Source: Chiloscyllium plagiosum
Taxonomy: Eukaryota
DNA length: 64,000 nucleotides
Direction of reading: 5' to 3'
Assembly: GCF_004010195.1 (NCBI RefSeq)
Contig: NC_057721.1
Location: 44,657,240 to 44,721,239, forward strand
Under the pieces are notes generated by a model. It did not search any database and was not told where the DNA came from. It worked only from the letters and a program-made list of their open reading frames with translations. The position numbers and the translations under genes were made by a program. How positions within the stretch are numbered: position 1 is the first letter of the stretch; each line of letters opens with the position of its first letter. Positions 62,800 through 64,000 of the stretch are shown here, one piece after another.

Positions 62800-64000
62800 T
62801 AGACAGATAGGAGGCTGGAAAAACACAGCAAGCCGGGCAGCATCAGCAGGTGTAGAAATAGACGTTTCGGATGTAACCCTTCTTCAGGACTGGGGGTGGC
62901 TGTAGGGGCATCTGCAGATAAAGGGAGTAGCGCGGGCAGGGTGGTGAAGTGGGGATAGGTGAAGACAGGCAGAAAGTATGACCTGGTTGGTCAATAGGGG
63001 AATGGATCCAGTTGGTGGCTGGGAGGAGAGGGAGAGGCTAGGAAGGGTGTCGGGGATGGAGAGGGAGGTATGTCAAATTGGAGAACTCAATGTTGAGTCC
63101 TCTGGGCTGTTGGGTTCCCAGGCGGAAGATAAGGTGTTGTTCCTCCAATAGACGTTGTATTTGTTTTGGCAATGGAGGAGGCCAAGGATGGTCATGCCGG
63201 AAAGGGAGTGGGTGGGGAATTGAAATGGGTGGTGACTGGAGGTCCGATCGGCCCCTGTGGACCCGGCTGCGATGTTGAGTTTATGTTCGGTCTCCCCGAT
63301 GTTGAGAAGATCACACTGAGAGCACCTGATGCAGTAAACTAGGGTGGAAGAGAGGCAGGTTGGCCTGTCTCACTTGGAAGGATTGTTTGGGGCCCTGGAT
63401 GGAAGTGAGGGGGTGCTCTACTGGCATGTTTTGCACCTTTTCTAGTGGCAGGGAAGGTACCTGTATGTTCGGTGGCAGGGGTGGCGTGAACCAACGAGTG
63501 TCGGAGGGAACAGTCCTTATGGAATGCAGACAGGGGTGGGGAGGGGAAGATGTTCTTGGTGGTGGGGTCTAGTTGGAGTTGGCAGAAATGTTTGAGGAAG
63601 ATGTGTTGAATGCAGAGACTAGTGGGGTGCAACGCATCCAACGCGTCATTCTCAAACACTTCCACAAACTCCAACTAGACCCCCAACACTAAGAACATCT
63701 TCCCCTCCCCAGCCCTCTCTGCATTCCACAAGGACCATTCCCTCTGACACTCCTTGGTTTATGCCACCTCCGCCACCGAACATCCAGGTACCTTCCCCTG
63801 CAACCAGAAAAAAATGCAAAACCTGCCAGTACACCACCCACTCACCTCCATCCACGGCCCCAAACAGTCCTTCCAGTTGAGACAGAGCTTCACCTGCCTC
63901 TCCTCCAACCTAGTTTACTGCATCAGGTGCTCTCAGTGTGATCTTCTCAACATCGGGGAGACCGAACATAAACTCAACATCGCAGCCGGGTAAGCTTAGG
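62800..64000. mobile_element. Penelope-like element, head-to-head inverted arms
   Basis: Minus arm 62800-63630, plus arm about 63634-63990 encoding FTCLSSNLVYCIRCSQCDLLNIGET (GIY-YIG); hammerhead motif at 62861-62887 (-). Confidence 0.9.

Noticed and set aside
1-64000. Prokaryotic-type systems (CRISPR array, operons, defence islands)
   Set aside because: The sequence is spliced eukaryotic DNA, and no regularly spaced direct repeats were seen.

Overview
Vertebrate genomic DNA, most likely a cartilaginous fish (shark), judged from HE1-type tRNA SINEs, their partner CR1 LINEs and DeuSINE-type SINEs. There are two assembly gaps (34713-35212 and 49930-50250). 1108-37275 (+) carries the last 17 coding exons of TTF2, a SNF2-family ATPase/transcription termination factor. 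They splice GT-AG into one intact frame of 711 complete codons plus stop; the 5' part of the gene lies upstream of the window. Convergent with it on the - strand is an unannotated immunoglobulin-superfamily locus. It has an intact 300-nt C1-set exon (45549-45848) and a phase-compatible transmembrane exon (39747-39841) that stops with essentially no cytoplasmic tail. A frameshifted paralogous TM exon (52197-52329) has its stop at the same position. No convincing leader or V exon was found. The rest is dense in transposons: CR1/L2 LINEs, SINEs, TA-flanked MITEs, solo-LTR-like pieces and many Penelope-like elements. About 20 Penelope-derived ends carry minimal hammerhead ribozyme motifs, and several form inverted (hairpin) insertions with 9-15 bp direct repeats. 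A seemingly perfect 280-bp inverted duplication lies at 55771-56050 / 57460-57739. All analysis was by eye; transposon boundaries are approximate.
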